IMG/VR virus record: IMGVR_UViG_3300036861_000733
Span: 5,401-69,400 of that record
Source of the DNA: a virus
Strand: one strand, 5' to 3'
DNA: 64,000 nucleotides
Part shown: positions 45,798 to 54,923 of the stretch, one piece after another
Position numbering within the stretch: position 1 is the stretch's first letter
How the letters are laid out: each line of letters opens with the position of its first letter
Program-made: the position numbers and the translations under genes
The notes under the pieces: generated by a model
Seen by the model: only the letters and a program-made list of their open reading frames with translations
Database searches by the model: none
Told to the model about the DNA's origin: nothing

Positions 45798-46127
45798 CTA
45801 CTCCTCGCCAGCGGCTTGAACCACAACCTCGTGGCACAGCCTCATCTCACACAACGTGCCGTACGTGGCGGCATTGATCCCCATCGGAAACCTCCCCGTC
45901 GCTTCCCGCCGGCACCGGCGACTGAAGCCACTCCGCGACCCGTCCGGTAGTCGGTGCCGGTAGACGCAGCGCGCATAAGCAGCCTCGACCGGGGTGTATT
46001 TCTCATGCCCAAAGGCGTACCACCTCCAGGAATAGAACTGGATGGGGTGGCTCGGATCGCCGGTTGAGGTGCAGGCAGTGAAAAGTGCCGCGGCGATGAG
46101 TGATAGAAGAAGCAGGCGAAAGCGCAT
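45798..46127 (-). CDS. Secreted Cys-rich protein or lipoprotein
   Basis: Signal peptide LLLLSLIAAALFTAC. Confidence 0.45.
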   Translation of the reverse strand: MRFRLLLLSLIAAALFTACTSTGDPSHPIQFYSWRWYAFGHEKYTPVEAAYARCVYRHRLPDGSRSGFSRRCRREATGRFPMGINAATYGTLCEMRLCHEVVVQAAGEE

Positions 46128-46186
46128 CGGGTTCTCCTTAAGAGAGCGGACTCATTTGCTTGGATTCTATTCCTGTTCTGCTCACC

Positions 46187-46528
46187 CTACTTCTTCAACT
46201 CCCGCCGCAGCTCCTCCAGCTCCGCTAACGCATCCTTCGATCGCGGCTTGGGATCACCCTCGACTTTCTTGCTTGTCTGCGTGCTGTACTTCCAGCCGTT
46301 CACGGCAGCCGTGGCGGTCCCGCCGGCCGCGAGCCCCATCATGAGGAAGTTGGCAACGTCAGCACCCATCCCAGACACCAGCCAGGCTACTAGGCCGATG
46401 AGCCCGCCGATCCCAACGCAGACGGCCCTACTCAGATCCTCGGCCCACTGCCAGCGCCGAGCGAGCTGAGTTAGAATCGGGGCGATGACCCCGGTGATGA
46501 TGCCGGTGACAAGCAGCTCGTTCTGCAT
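46187..46528 (-). CDS. Holin-like protein with three transmembrane segments and a charged C-terminus
   Basis: Three hydrophobic helices followed by KKVEGDPKPRSKDALAELEELRRELKK. Confidence 0.5.
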   Translation of the reverse strand: MQNELLVTGIITGVIAPILTQLARRWQWAEDLSRAVCVGIGGLIGLVAWLVSGMGADVANFLMMGLAAGGTATAAVNGWKYSTQTSKKVEGDPKPRSKDALAELEELRRELKK

Positions 46529-46530
46529 GG

Positions 46531-47157
46531 TCAGTTCTCCTTGCCGACGATCAGCGCGTACGCCGCCGCCACGCCGGTCTCTTCATCGTAGCTCAGGGCT
46601 CGCCAGTCGCAGACGACGTAGGTGCCGTCGGCGCACTGGTAGCGATTCACGACGCGCACCTTCTGGTAGGTGGCTCCGGCCTCGGCCCGCACGGTCTTGT
46701 CGCGGTCTGACGGGTGGAGGAGGTCATACCAGCCACTGCCGTGCAACTCTTCCGGTTGGCGCCCAAGTGCCCGAAACCAGTTCTTCGAGGCCCAGACGAT
46801 GCTCGCGTTCGCGCCGGGTCGCTTCCCGTTAGGGATCGGCGAGCTAATGATCCAGCACAGGCCGGTTTCGTCCAGTAGCCAGGCAACATCTTCGTTCTGC
46901 CGCTTGCTGACCAGGAGCTGGCGCACGAGTCCGGGCGCAATGCGCTTGAGGAGCGTGACCTCGGCCTCGGCCTGGTCCAGCTTCGCCAGCAGCGCCGCCA
47001 GCCTCTCCGCGTCCGCCTGGCTCTTAGCCCACAGGCTCTCAAGTTGCTCCCACAGTCTCTCGGCGGTGCCGACGTAGCTGGCAGTCGTCTCGGCCGCGAG
47101 CTTCTTGCGCTGTGCTCGGACGAGCCACAATGCGCCCCCGCTTCCGGCGAGGGTCAC
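46531..47157 (-). CDS. Membrane-anchored coiled-coil protein with a C-terminal PAS-like domain
   Basis: N-terminal transmembrane segment. PAS-like motif IVWASKNWFRALGRQPEELHGSGWYDLLHPSD. Confidence 0.45.
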   Translation of the reverse strand: MTLAGSGGALWLVRAQRKKLAAETTASYVGTAERLWEQLESLWAKSQADAERLAALLAKLDQAEAEVTLLKRIAPGLVRQLLVSKRQNEDVAWLLDETGLCWIISSPIPNGKRPGANASIVWASKNWFRALGRQPEELHGSGWYDLLHPSDRDKTVRAEAGATYQKVRVVNRYQCADGTYVVCDWRALSYDEETGVAAAYALIVGKEN

Positions 47158-47206
47158 GAAGATGGTGAGTAGGACGGTAATCCACCACGGGATAGCGAGC
47201 CTCTTT

Positions 47207-47866
47207 CTACCCGCCCCCGCCGAGGAACGAGATGATCCCGATCGCAGCTCCGATCAAACCCACAGCGCCGATCAGGATCGCCCATCCGAGACTCAGGCCG
47301 GCGCTCTTGCCGCCAGCCGTTGCCCGCGACTCCACCAGGCTCTCCATTCGCGCCACCAGCTTCTCCATCATCGGATCAGCCACAGTGGACCGTCCCGCAC
47401 CTTCGTACTTTGCACGCTCCAGCTCCGAAAGGCGCTTCGTGATTTCGCCGGTGATCGCCGTTTGCGCCGCTGCCAGGGTAGACGCGCTGGTCGCAACCAA
47501 CGATCGCAGCGCGTCGGCCGAAGTCTGGACCTGCGCAGCGAGCACGCTGGCCTGATCGGCGGCCCGCTCGCTAGCAACAGACACCGCGTTGACATCCACG
47601 ACGCGGATGGCGTCGATTCTCTTTGCCTCCGCCTCCCGCAGCTTCTCCTGATAGTCTGCCGTCAGCTTCTGAATCTCGGCAACGTGCTTCTCCGACTGCT
47701 CACGTAGGTCGTCCTCGCGTCGAATCTCTGCCGCTCTTAGATCGTCGAGTCGCTTGACCGCCGCTTCAACCAGAGAAAGAACGTTGGCGCTCGGATCGTA
47801 GGCGATGTTCCCGGCAGAATCAATCGCCATGCCGGACGATCCCGGCGGGCTTGCTGTGCGGGACAT
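47207..47866 (-). CDS. Coiled-coil protein with a C-terminal transmembrane anchor
   Basis: C-terminal LSLGWAILIGAVGLIGAAIGIISFL. Confidence 0.45.
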   Translation of the reverse strand: MSRTASPPGSSGMAIDSAGNIAYDPSANVLSLVEAAVKRLDDLRAAEIRREDDLREQSEKHVAEIQKLTADYQEKLREAEAKRIDAIRVVDVNAVSVASERAADQASVLAAQVQTSADALRSLVATSASTLAAAQTAITGEITKRLSELERAKYEGAGRSTVADPMMEKLVARMESLVESRATAGGKSAGLSLGWAILIGAVGLIGAAIGIISFLGGGG

Positions 47867-48203
47867 CCCGTATCTTCCTCCGGTCGTGGACTGCGGGGGT
47901 CTAGCAAACTACGGGCGGAGAAAAAGTGGGAGGGGTCGCCCTGACCCCTCCCCGGGAGGGTGGGTGTGCAAGAAGCCGCTCCGAGCAGTAGAGAGAAGGG
48001 CCGACCCGTGCCGCGCCGTGACAGGGACCGCAACGCGGTACGGCCCGGTCGTCTGGTGCCTCGGCGGAGCACCGTCGCTGGCGTAGGTCCGGCTGCCTGC
48101 CTACTACTGGTTGTGGCTGCCGCACGGAGGATAGGATAGCGCAGAGGCGGGTCTGGGGTCAAGCCGGCGCTAAGGCGAGGAGGTGGCAGGGCGGAGGGAT
48201 TCT

Positions 48204-48241
48204 TTTAGGGGCTTGACAGGCGCCTACAAGTGTGCTCTGAT
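48204..48241 (+). promoter_or_regulatory. Promoter, copy of the conserved element
   Basis: TTAGGGGCTTGACA-GGCGCCTA, an approximately 18-nt spacer, then TCTGAT. Confidence 0.55.
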
Positions 48242-48270
48242 GTTTGCTACGGCAAAGGAGGCCCAGGATC

Positions 48271-48507
48271 GTGAAGCATTTCAGTTACGATACCGTGAAG
48301 GTGCAGATCGTAGCGCCGATGTCACCTGAGCGCGAATGGCTGCGCGGCCGATTCGGCACAGTCGTTCGCATCCGGACCGGCGACGATTGCGCTTGGATTG
48401 ACATCGAAGGCGAGGCACTGCCAGGCAACCTTCGCAGTTTCCCGCACAGCAACTTGCGCGCTAACCACATCATTTGTGCTCCGGAGGAGTGCGAGGCCGC
48501 TAAGTGA
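48271..48507 (+). CDS. Hypothetical protein with a GTG start
   Basis: AAGGAGG Shine-Dalgarno 9 nt upstream of the GTG. Confidence 0.4.
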   Translation: MKHFSYDTVKVQIVAPMSPEREWLRGRFGTVVRIRTGDDCAWIDIEGEALPGNLRSFPHSNLRANHIICAPEECEAAK

Positions 48508-48755
48508 GAAGTCGCGCCCTCGTCTTCTCCCGAGCCGTTGAGGAGTTCGATGACAGCCCTCCCGCCGCCAGTCTAATTCTTGCCAGTATAACAACGATGA
48601 GCGCACCGATCCTCGTAGGTCCGCGCGAGAGACGGCGATTGGTGGCGTATATGATCCGGGAGTGGCGAGCAGCGAGTGCGCGGTGCGTCAGAGCGTTGTT
48701 ACGGGAGAAGGCGGTGGAGATGCAGAAGGAGGAGGAGGAAGAAACGTGCGTCTAA
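48504..48755 (+). CDS. Hypothetical protein
   Basis: ATGA overlap with the upstream gene. Confidence 0.35.
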   Translation: MRSRALVFSRAVEEFDDSPPAASLILASITTMSAPILVGPRERRRLVAYMIREWRAASARCVRALLREKAVEMQKEEEEETCV

Positions 48756-48913
48756 TCCGTGAACTGGCGCGTTCCGTAGCCTTGGGTGCTTTCCTCTTGG
48801 CTGTCTTTCAGGTCTTCGTGCATCCGGACGGGGCGGCAGAGGCTGCCCTACCGTATCTTTGCGTGTCTGTAGTAACCTCGCTGTTAAGCATCGCTTGGCG
48901 CGACGAGGACTGA
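48746..48913 (+). CDS. Small membrane protein of about 55 aa with a GTG start
   Basis: AAGGAGGAGGAGGAAG Shine-Dalgarno; transmembrane segment LGAFLLAVFQVFV. Confidence 0.35.
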   Translation: MRLIRELARSVALGAFLLAVFQVFVHPDGAAEAALPYLCVSVVTSLLSIAWRDED

Positions 48914-48934
48914 GACAGAGGAGATGAAACTGCT

Positions 48935-49489
48935 GTGACAGCAATCTTCGGCCGTCTCATCGAATTCCTGCGTAGCCTGCGCCTCTGGGTTGCCGTAGCT
49001 CCGTGGGAGCAAGGCATCGCTGTACGGTGCGGATGCCGTGTTCGCCGAATGGCCCCCGGTCTGCATCTCTGTATTCCAGTCCTCGACAAGGTTCATGTTC
49101 AGAACAGCCGTCTGCGTATCGTAAACGTGCCAACACAGACACTTTCAACAAGTGACGGTAAAACGCTCATTGTTGGCGGCTCGCTATGCTTCCGGATCGT
49201 TGACTTAGAGAAGTTGCTTGCCACGTTGCATCAACCAGAAGACGCCCTGATTGAACTCGTGCAGGAGCGCGTGGCTAATCATGTCAGCTCGTCGTCGAGC
49301 ATCGGGCTTACAAGCGCAACAGCAGCACCGGATATTTCACGGACGCTCGCGGTAGAGCACTATGGGCTTGCGGAGGTCCGCTTCTTCGTGACAGACTTCG
49401 CGTTCGTTCGCACTTTGAGACTAATTATGGATCAGCGCTATGCAAGTTATGGCAACACAGTACAACTGGAACCGCCGCCGATCGACTAG
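48935..49489 (+). CDS. SPFH (band-7/stomatin/prohibitin)-like protein
   Basis: IPVLDKVHVQNSRLRIVNVPTQTLSTSDGKTLIVGGSLCFRIVD resembles the SPFH core. Confidence 0.4.
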   Translation: MTAIFGRLIEFLRSLRLWVAVAPWEQGIAVRCGCRVRRMAPGLHLCIPVLDKVHVQNSRLRIVNVPTQTLSTSDGKTLIVGGSLCFRIVDLEKLLATLHQPEDALIELVQERVANHVSSSSSIGLTSATAAPDISRTLAVEHYGLAEVRFFVTDFAFVRTLRLIMDQRYASYGNTVQLEPPPID

Positions 49490-51051
49490 GATGCAATTCT
49501 ATAGAAAAGTAGCATCTCCGCCCCCGTCGGTGCTGCACCACCGCTCGGCACCTCAACACATCGCGCCCGCAGCCGAGTGAAGCGACCGATCTTCCTCACC
49601 TCCGGGATCGCCGCCGCGTCCTGAAGCACCGTTGCATTGTAGGCGAGTGCAGGACGACGATCCTCGGTGCCAGAAGACGTGAAAAGAGTCGTCCATGCGG
49701 CACCATTCCAGTATTCAATGTCGAGCGCGGTACGACCGCCTGTCCCTGCGCCAACATCGTCCAGCGTCAGAAGCACGGCAACGGGCAGTGCCAGATAACC
49801 GTCCGTTGCAAGCGGCCAACTTGCATAGTCGGCATCATTAACCGCCAACCCACCAGTCATTCGGAAGCGAACCGTGCGCTGTCCAAGAATCTGCCGCTCA
49901 TCCTTCAAGCTCGTAAACGTCGTACCATCCGTCACACCGGACCACAGCAACAGTGCCCGCGGATCGGAACGGTTTTCGGCAACCTCCAAATCTCCACTTG
50001 GCAACAGCCACAGTCGTACTGGATCAGTGCTCGCCGGGAACGTAACGCTGCGCTCCGTCTCCAACCGAATCAGGCTGTCGTCCACCAGCGCAACACCCGG
50101 ATGCAACGTGCGCGTAAGCCCCGCCCCGGTCAGCGCGAACAATCCGTAGCCACGCCCACTTTCGTAGATGTCCTCGGCAGCGATCGCAGCATCGAAGTCA
50201 CGGTGGACGTAGGCGAGGTGCCGGCCGATGCTCTTCTCCGGGCGGGCGTCCAGCGAGCGCGGGGCGGTCCCCTTCGTCCCCTTGGTCTGAACGATTCCAG
50301 CTCCGGCTGTGTCCTTCGCCAGCTCCGCCCAATAGGCTTGCCCGGAGGCCAAGGCGCCGTCTGAGGCGTCGCCCGTAACCTCTTCCTGGTGTTCCAGGAT
50401 TGCATAGGGTTCGCCTGCCAACACCCCGACGATATCGGCAACCGTCACGAACTCGTCCGGCGTCCCTGTTGGGGTTACGGCGCCGCCCTGCGCAATGTAC
50501 GTCGAGAGGCCATCGCCGAGCCCCGAGACGATGCCCTGACCACCAGCCTCGTACAGACCACCAGCGAGTGCAATGGCGGGCCGTTCGTAGTCCACGGCCA
50601 GCAGGATTTCCAGCGCCTCGCTTGCGGCGCCGCCAGGTACGACCAGCTTCATGCTTAACGTGCGCGCGGAGTTCGGCGCAATGTTCGGGACGCGGAATGG
50701 GCGCAATCGGCCCATCGGCGTCGGGTTGGATGTATATGGCGTCGCGTTGCCAACAACTCCCGTCGCCCGAATCTGAATCCACCGCTCGCGTGCCGTTCTG
50801 CTTGCTTGGCTCCAAGGACCGGGCGGAATCGGCGGATCGGCGGTCGGGTCGCCCGGATCGCGCGTGAGAAAATTGATGCTCGCTCCTGTCAGCTCGTCGG
50901 CAGTGTCGTCGCCCTTGCTGTTCCACAGCTCGAATTCCAACTCGTCGGATTCCAAGCCAGCAGGGACCGGCGCGCCGTTGAGCGTCAGGGTGAACGTGCC
51001 GAGGAGCGCCGTCCCGCCGCTCGCGTAGATCGCTGGGTTTGCTGGTGGCAT
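49486..51051 (-). CDS. Tail fibre or baseplate-distal protein, 521 aa
   Basis: Large Gly/Thr/Ala-rich protein at the 3' end of the tail module. Confidence 0.45.
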   Translation of the reverse strand: MPPANPAIYASGGTALLGTFTLTLNGAPVPAGLESDELEFELWNSKGDDTADELTGASINFLTRDPGDPTADPPIPPGPWSQASRTARERWIQIRATGVVGNATPYTSNPTPMGRLRPFRVPNIAPNSARTLSMKLVVPGGAASEALEILLAVDYERPAIALAGGLYEAGGQGIVSGLGDGLSTYIAQGGAVTPTGTPDEFVTVADIVGVLAGEPYAILEHQEEVTGDASDGALASGQAYWAELAKDTAGAGIVQTKGTKGTAPRSLDARPEKSIGRHLAYVHRDFDAAIAAEDIYESGRGYGLFALTGAGLTRTLHPGVALVDDSLIRLETERSVTFPASTDPVRLWLLPSGDLEVAENRSDPRALLLWSGVTDGTTFTSLKDERQILGQRTVRFRMTGGLAVNDADYASWPLATDGYLALPVAVLLTLDDVGAGTGGRTALDIEYWNGAAWTTLFTSSGTEDRRPALAYNATVLQDAAAIPEVRKIGRFTRLRARCVEVPSGGAAPTGAEMLLFYRIAS

Positions 51052-51060
51052 TGTCGCTCC

Positions 51061-52515
51061 TCAGTCTCTGCACAGCATGACGTGCGGCAGTTCGCCGTTC
51101 GGGCCGGGCTGTACCGTAATCCGTTCAGGCACCGCATCCGCTGGGTAGGCGCTGCCCTGCACGGCGAGGCGCAGCAGCTTGTCGGTTGGCCCCGTGTCGC
51201 CCGGGAACGTCGCCGGGTAGACCGCGAACTGCCCGCCGCTCGGGGCGACAGAGATTCCTCGGCAGTCGTCCAAGCCCCAGGTGTCCGGGATCAATGCGAG
51301 TTCGGGCGAAGCGGGACCAGCGCCAAGCAAGCCCACCGTGAGGTTCCCCGATGCGAGCCGCGCCAGCCGAGCGGAACGATTCCCCGATACTGGCCAGCCG
51401 CACGAGACGGCAGCGGCGGTTGCCGGATCGACCAAAACGCGCCCGCGTCCTTCTTGCCAGACACCCGAAACAGTCGAAGCAACATAAGGGCACGCACTTG
51501 TATTGGCTGTAGTATCAAGCGCTGGGAGCTGCCAGTCTAGTCCAGTGCCACAAAGGACACCAGCCACGTCAAGATCAGCAACTGTCAATTGCTCAGGATT
51601 GTTGACCCAGAAGTCGACCGGATTGAAACCATCGTTTTGGTCTACAGGAAGAGCTAGCAGATGCCAGTTTGGAGAACCGAGGCTCGCACATACGTATACG
51701 AATTCGCCGGCACCAGGCCACACTGGTCCAGCATGAAAGAAGTAATACAGGAAGTCGCCAACAGTCGGTCCAGACCCACCAGCGGCCCCGGTACCAATAT
51801 CCCACCATAGAATGCTACTTACTGGATAGGCGCTGAATATAGCGCCGAAGAGCAAGAAGTCGCCGCGCGCATGGACTCGCTGCCAAGCGGATGCCTGTGT
51901 TAGAACTGGACCGTAGAGATAATCGCTGACCCGCAACTCTGACAAGAAGGCGCCATCCGCGTAGAGCCATGCGCGGAGCCGCCACGCCCCCGATGTCGTC
52001 GGATGCTCCTCGGCGAAGATTCCGAGGTATGTGTTCCGCGTTGCGGCGGGAATCGTCTCGACAGGCGGTGTCACCTGAAAGTCAGCGGATCGGATACTTG
52101 CGTTGATGGCAAACTCGGAGGCTCCGCGGCGGTCTGCGGTGGCGCCAGCAATCAGTAATTCTCCGGGCGTGCCGGTATAGGAAGCAGCGAGCGCATTTTC
52201 ACCTGGCGCGTAGCTACGATGTCCATCTACCGGGATCGTGTAGAGCTGGTCATTGCAGAAGTTTTTCACGACGGCCAGCGACGGGCTCTTCATGGCCACG
52301 ACTTGCACAGGCCGGAAGTCCGCCTCCTTCTGCCGCCGCTGCGCGCTGTAGGAGCGGAGATTGCGGCCAAGGATGCCGCCGAGGCCGATCCCGACGCCGC
52401 CGGAATGAGTTGCGCTACCCATGGGGTATACTCCGCAACATGACTCTGCCCGCCTCGCCAGACCAGTGGAAGAAAGAATCGGAGGATGAGCGCGCGAAAC
52501 GGCACCGCCGCTCAC
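51061..52515 (-). CDS. Tail or baseplate protein, 484 aa
   Basis: Position in the tail module. Confidence 0.45.
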   Translation of the reverse strand: MSGGAVSRAHPPILSSTGLARRAESCCGVYPMGSATHSGGVGIGLGGILGRNLRSYSAQRRQKEADFRPVQVVAMKSPSLAVVKNFCNDQLYTIPVDGHRSYAPGENALAASYTGTPGELLIAGATADRRGASEFAINASIRSADFQVTPPVETIPAATRNTYLGIFAEEHPTTSGAWRLRAWLYADGAFLSELRVSDYLYGPVLTQASAWQRVHARGDFLLFGAIFSAYPVSSILWWDIGTGAAGGSGPTVGDFLYYFFHAGPVWPGAGEFVYVCASLGSPNWHLLALPVDQNDGFNPVDFWVNNPEQLTVADLDVAGVLCGTGLDWQLPALDTTANTSACPYVASTVSGVWQEGRGRVLVDPATAAAVSCGWPVSGNRSARLARLASGNLTVGLLGAGPASPELALIPDTWGLDDCRGISVAPSGGQFAVYPATFPGDTGPTDKLLRLAVQGSAYPADAVPERITVQPGPNGELPHVMLCRD

Positions 52516-52566
52516 CGATGCTTGAGGCTATGAAGAAGGCGCTGCGCATCGCTCCTGATCCACAGA

Positions 52567-54912
52567 TCACGCCGCCAGCGGCGGATAGACCTTCCCCACG
52601 AAGAGACTGACGCACGGAGTCGGGAAGACGCCGGCCGCGTATTTGCCGCCCCAGACTTCTACGTCGTGATCGAGCCCCATGCCATTGGCTCGGCACTTCA
52701 CGTGCCCCCAGTCGCCTTCCTGGATCTGGAAGTTGGCGGCCGTAGCAAAGACGGCGCCGTGGGCACAGGACTGCCGCACGATGTGCAAGGCCGCCTCGGC
52801 CAACTCCTCCACCGTCTCGGCCCACGGGAGCGAAGTCTTCACCTCGCGCGGCTCGTGCGTCGCGTAGAGGCTTGGCACACTCAGCGTCACCTTAATCTGC
52901 TGCGACTCGGTTGGTCGCGCGTTGCGGGCCGCCTCAACTTCTTCCGGCGTCCCGAAGAGCGCGGGATCGAACGCCTGCGGTCCTTCGGGCTGGATACGTT
53001 CGACTGCGGGCGGTGCCCCGTCGCGGCTTTCCGTCCTGCCGCCCGCCCAGACCGGTCCGGACCCGTTCCACGTGAAACTCGCACTCACGGCAGTATGCCC
53101 GGCCTCGCCTTGGTCGGCTAGATAGACCGTTTCATTCCAGCCCGATAGGTCGAACGACTCCTGAGCCTCAGCGAAGGTGTCTCCACCGGCGTATTGGTAG
53201 GCCGTTCCGGGACGGCGAACGTAGGCGTGCTGGAAGGTGACTTCCGACTTGACGTAGCCGTCGTCGGTCGAGTCGATAACCTCAACTTGCCGCCCGACCT
53301 TGCGGAATACCTCGGCTGCTTCGGAGACGCCTTCGCCAGAGCCGGTTGTGAGCACGCCGGTGTCGGGATCAACCTCCTCCCACGATACGCCCGGAACGGC
53401 CGTCTTGAGCGCGCGGCGGATTTGGTAGAAGGCGAAGTCCTCTCGGATGGAGCCGAGCCGGAAGCCGCGACGGGGCGGCGGGCTGAGTTCTACGCCGTCC
53501 ACGAAGAGCCCGCCTTGCGCCACGAGCTTGGCTTCCGGATCGGTGACGTTGTGCTCGCCGGTAAAGCCGAAGTTAGGACTATTGTAGTAGTGATTTACGA
53601 CAGCCCGGGTCAGAAGCACGTCCGGGCGCTCGAACTTCCAGGTGTAGGCCGGCTCGGAATCGTTCGCGGCGGCTCCCGCGCTGAGGTAAACACCGGCCCG
53701 ACAGTTCCGCACGCCGCCACCCGCCCATACGTACCGTGCAGCCTCTTCCCGACGCCAGCCGTAGACCTCGGTAATCTCGGTGAGCAGAACGCCGCACCGA
53801 TAGACGAGAATCGTTCGCGTGCGCGTTAGCTGCTGGCGGGTCGGTGCGATCGTCGGCGGGGCGAGACCGGTCAAGGCGCAGTCCCCCCCCTGGACGTAGC
53901 TTGCCTGCCACGGCGAATACATACCCTCGACAATCACCTCGCGCGGAGGCTTGCTCTCGATTCCGCATTGCTCGTTGTCGTCGCGGACGATCTGCTGCGT
54001 CCCGGTAAGCGTTACGTCTGTCACGACATCGCCCGGATGCGTCGTCTCGACATCCGCCACGAGCAGCAGATCCCGCTCTTCCAAGTGGAAAGTCAACGGT
54101 TTCCGGATGCCGAGCTGCGGGTTGATAACGAACCCCACACGATTCTTGAGGAGCGCCCGGCCCTCTGTCTCCAGTAGTTCCTGCGGGAAGTCGATCGGGT
54201 TGCCATCCACAAGCTGCACTTCCTTGAACATCTGCCGACCAGGTTCAAGCTGGAAGCGAGTCTCACCTGCAAGCGCTAGGATGGCCTGAACGATTCTCCC
54301 TCGGTAGAGCCCATGCCCGGCAGGCGCCACGTAGGTAACGGAGCGGCGGTCCCACCGGGCCATTTCGTCCCCGCCATTGAACTCCTCCGTGTACCCGGCA
54401 GCCCCAGCCCTTCGCCGGGAGTTGTCAACCAGCCCGCGCTTGATTAGCGGAAAGCGGTGCGTCCCCGTAGCCGTGCGATAGGTGCCGTACACGTCCACCG
54501 GCTGCTTACCCATACCTGGGCCGACGCGATCGTAGGGAGACCCGAAGCGGGCGGCCGACGCAGGCAGGGGCATGCCGAATCCGAATGTCTGAATCGGGCG
54601 GTCCAGCGCACGGTCCGTCTCAATGAACAGCAACTCGGAGAGCGATACGAACGCGCCGCCCACCGCGACCTCCATGCCGCACTCTTGGCGGGCGCCGTCC
54701 CGCGGGCGCGCAGCATCCGAGGTGCTACCGTCTACTTCCGCCGAACCCGCAGCCTCAAATGGGCGGAGCGAGTCGCCCCCGAAGATGCCGGGGTCGAAGA
54801 TGCCGGGGTCGAAGGCGCCAGACGGGGGCGACACGATGACCGCCGAGCCTTCAACCGAGCGCCCCGCGACGCCCACGATCGTCGCCTTCCCGGCAATGGC
54901 AAGCGTCGGCAA
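52567..54912 (-). CDS. Large tail protein of 781 aa. It contains a 15-bp tandem duplication that encodes DPGIFDPGIF.
   Basis: Position in the tail module. Confidence 0.5.
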   Translation of the reverse strand: MPTLAIAGKATIVGVAGRSVEGSAVIVSPPSGAFDPGIFDPGIFGGDSLRPFEAAGSAEVDGSTSDAARPRDGARQECGMEVAVGGAFVSLSELLFIETDRALDRPIQTFGFGMPLPASAARFGSPYDRVGPGMGKQPVDVYGTYRTATGTHRFPLIKRGLVDNSRRRAGAAGYTEEFNGGDEMARWDRRSVTYVAPAGHGLYRGRIVQAILALAGETRFQLEPGRQMFKEVQLVDGNPIDFPQELLETEGRALLKNRVGFVINPQLGIRKPLTFHLEERDLLLVADVETTHPGDVVTDVTLTGTQQIVRDDNEQCGIESKPPREVIVEGMYSPWQASYVQGGDCALTGLAPPTIAPTRQQLTRTRTILVYRCGVLLTEITEVYGWRREEAARYVWAGGGVRNCRAGVYLSAGAAANDSEPAYTWKFERPDVLLTRAVVNHYYNSPNFGFTGEHNVTDPEAKLVAQGGLFVDGVELSPPPRRGFRLGSIREDFAFYQIRRALKTAVPGVSWEEVDPDTGVLTTGSGEGVSEAAEVFRKVGRQVEVIDSTDDGYVKSEVTFQHAYVRRPGTAYQYAGGDTFAEAQESFDLSGWNETVYLADQGEAGHTAVSASFTWNGSGPVWAGGRTESRDGAPPAVERIQPEGPQAFDPALFGTPEEVEAARNARPTESQQIKVTLSVPSLYATHEPREVKTSLPWAETVEELAEAALHIVRQSCAHGAVFATAANFQIQEGDWGHVKCRANGMGLDHDVEVWGGKYAAGVFPTPCVSLFVGKVYPPLAA

Positions 54913-54923
54913 CCGGCTCTCTC

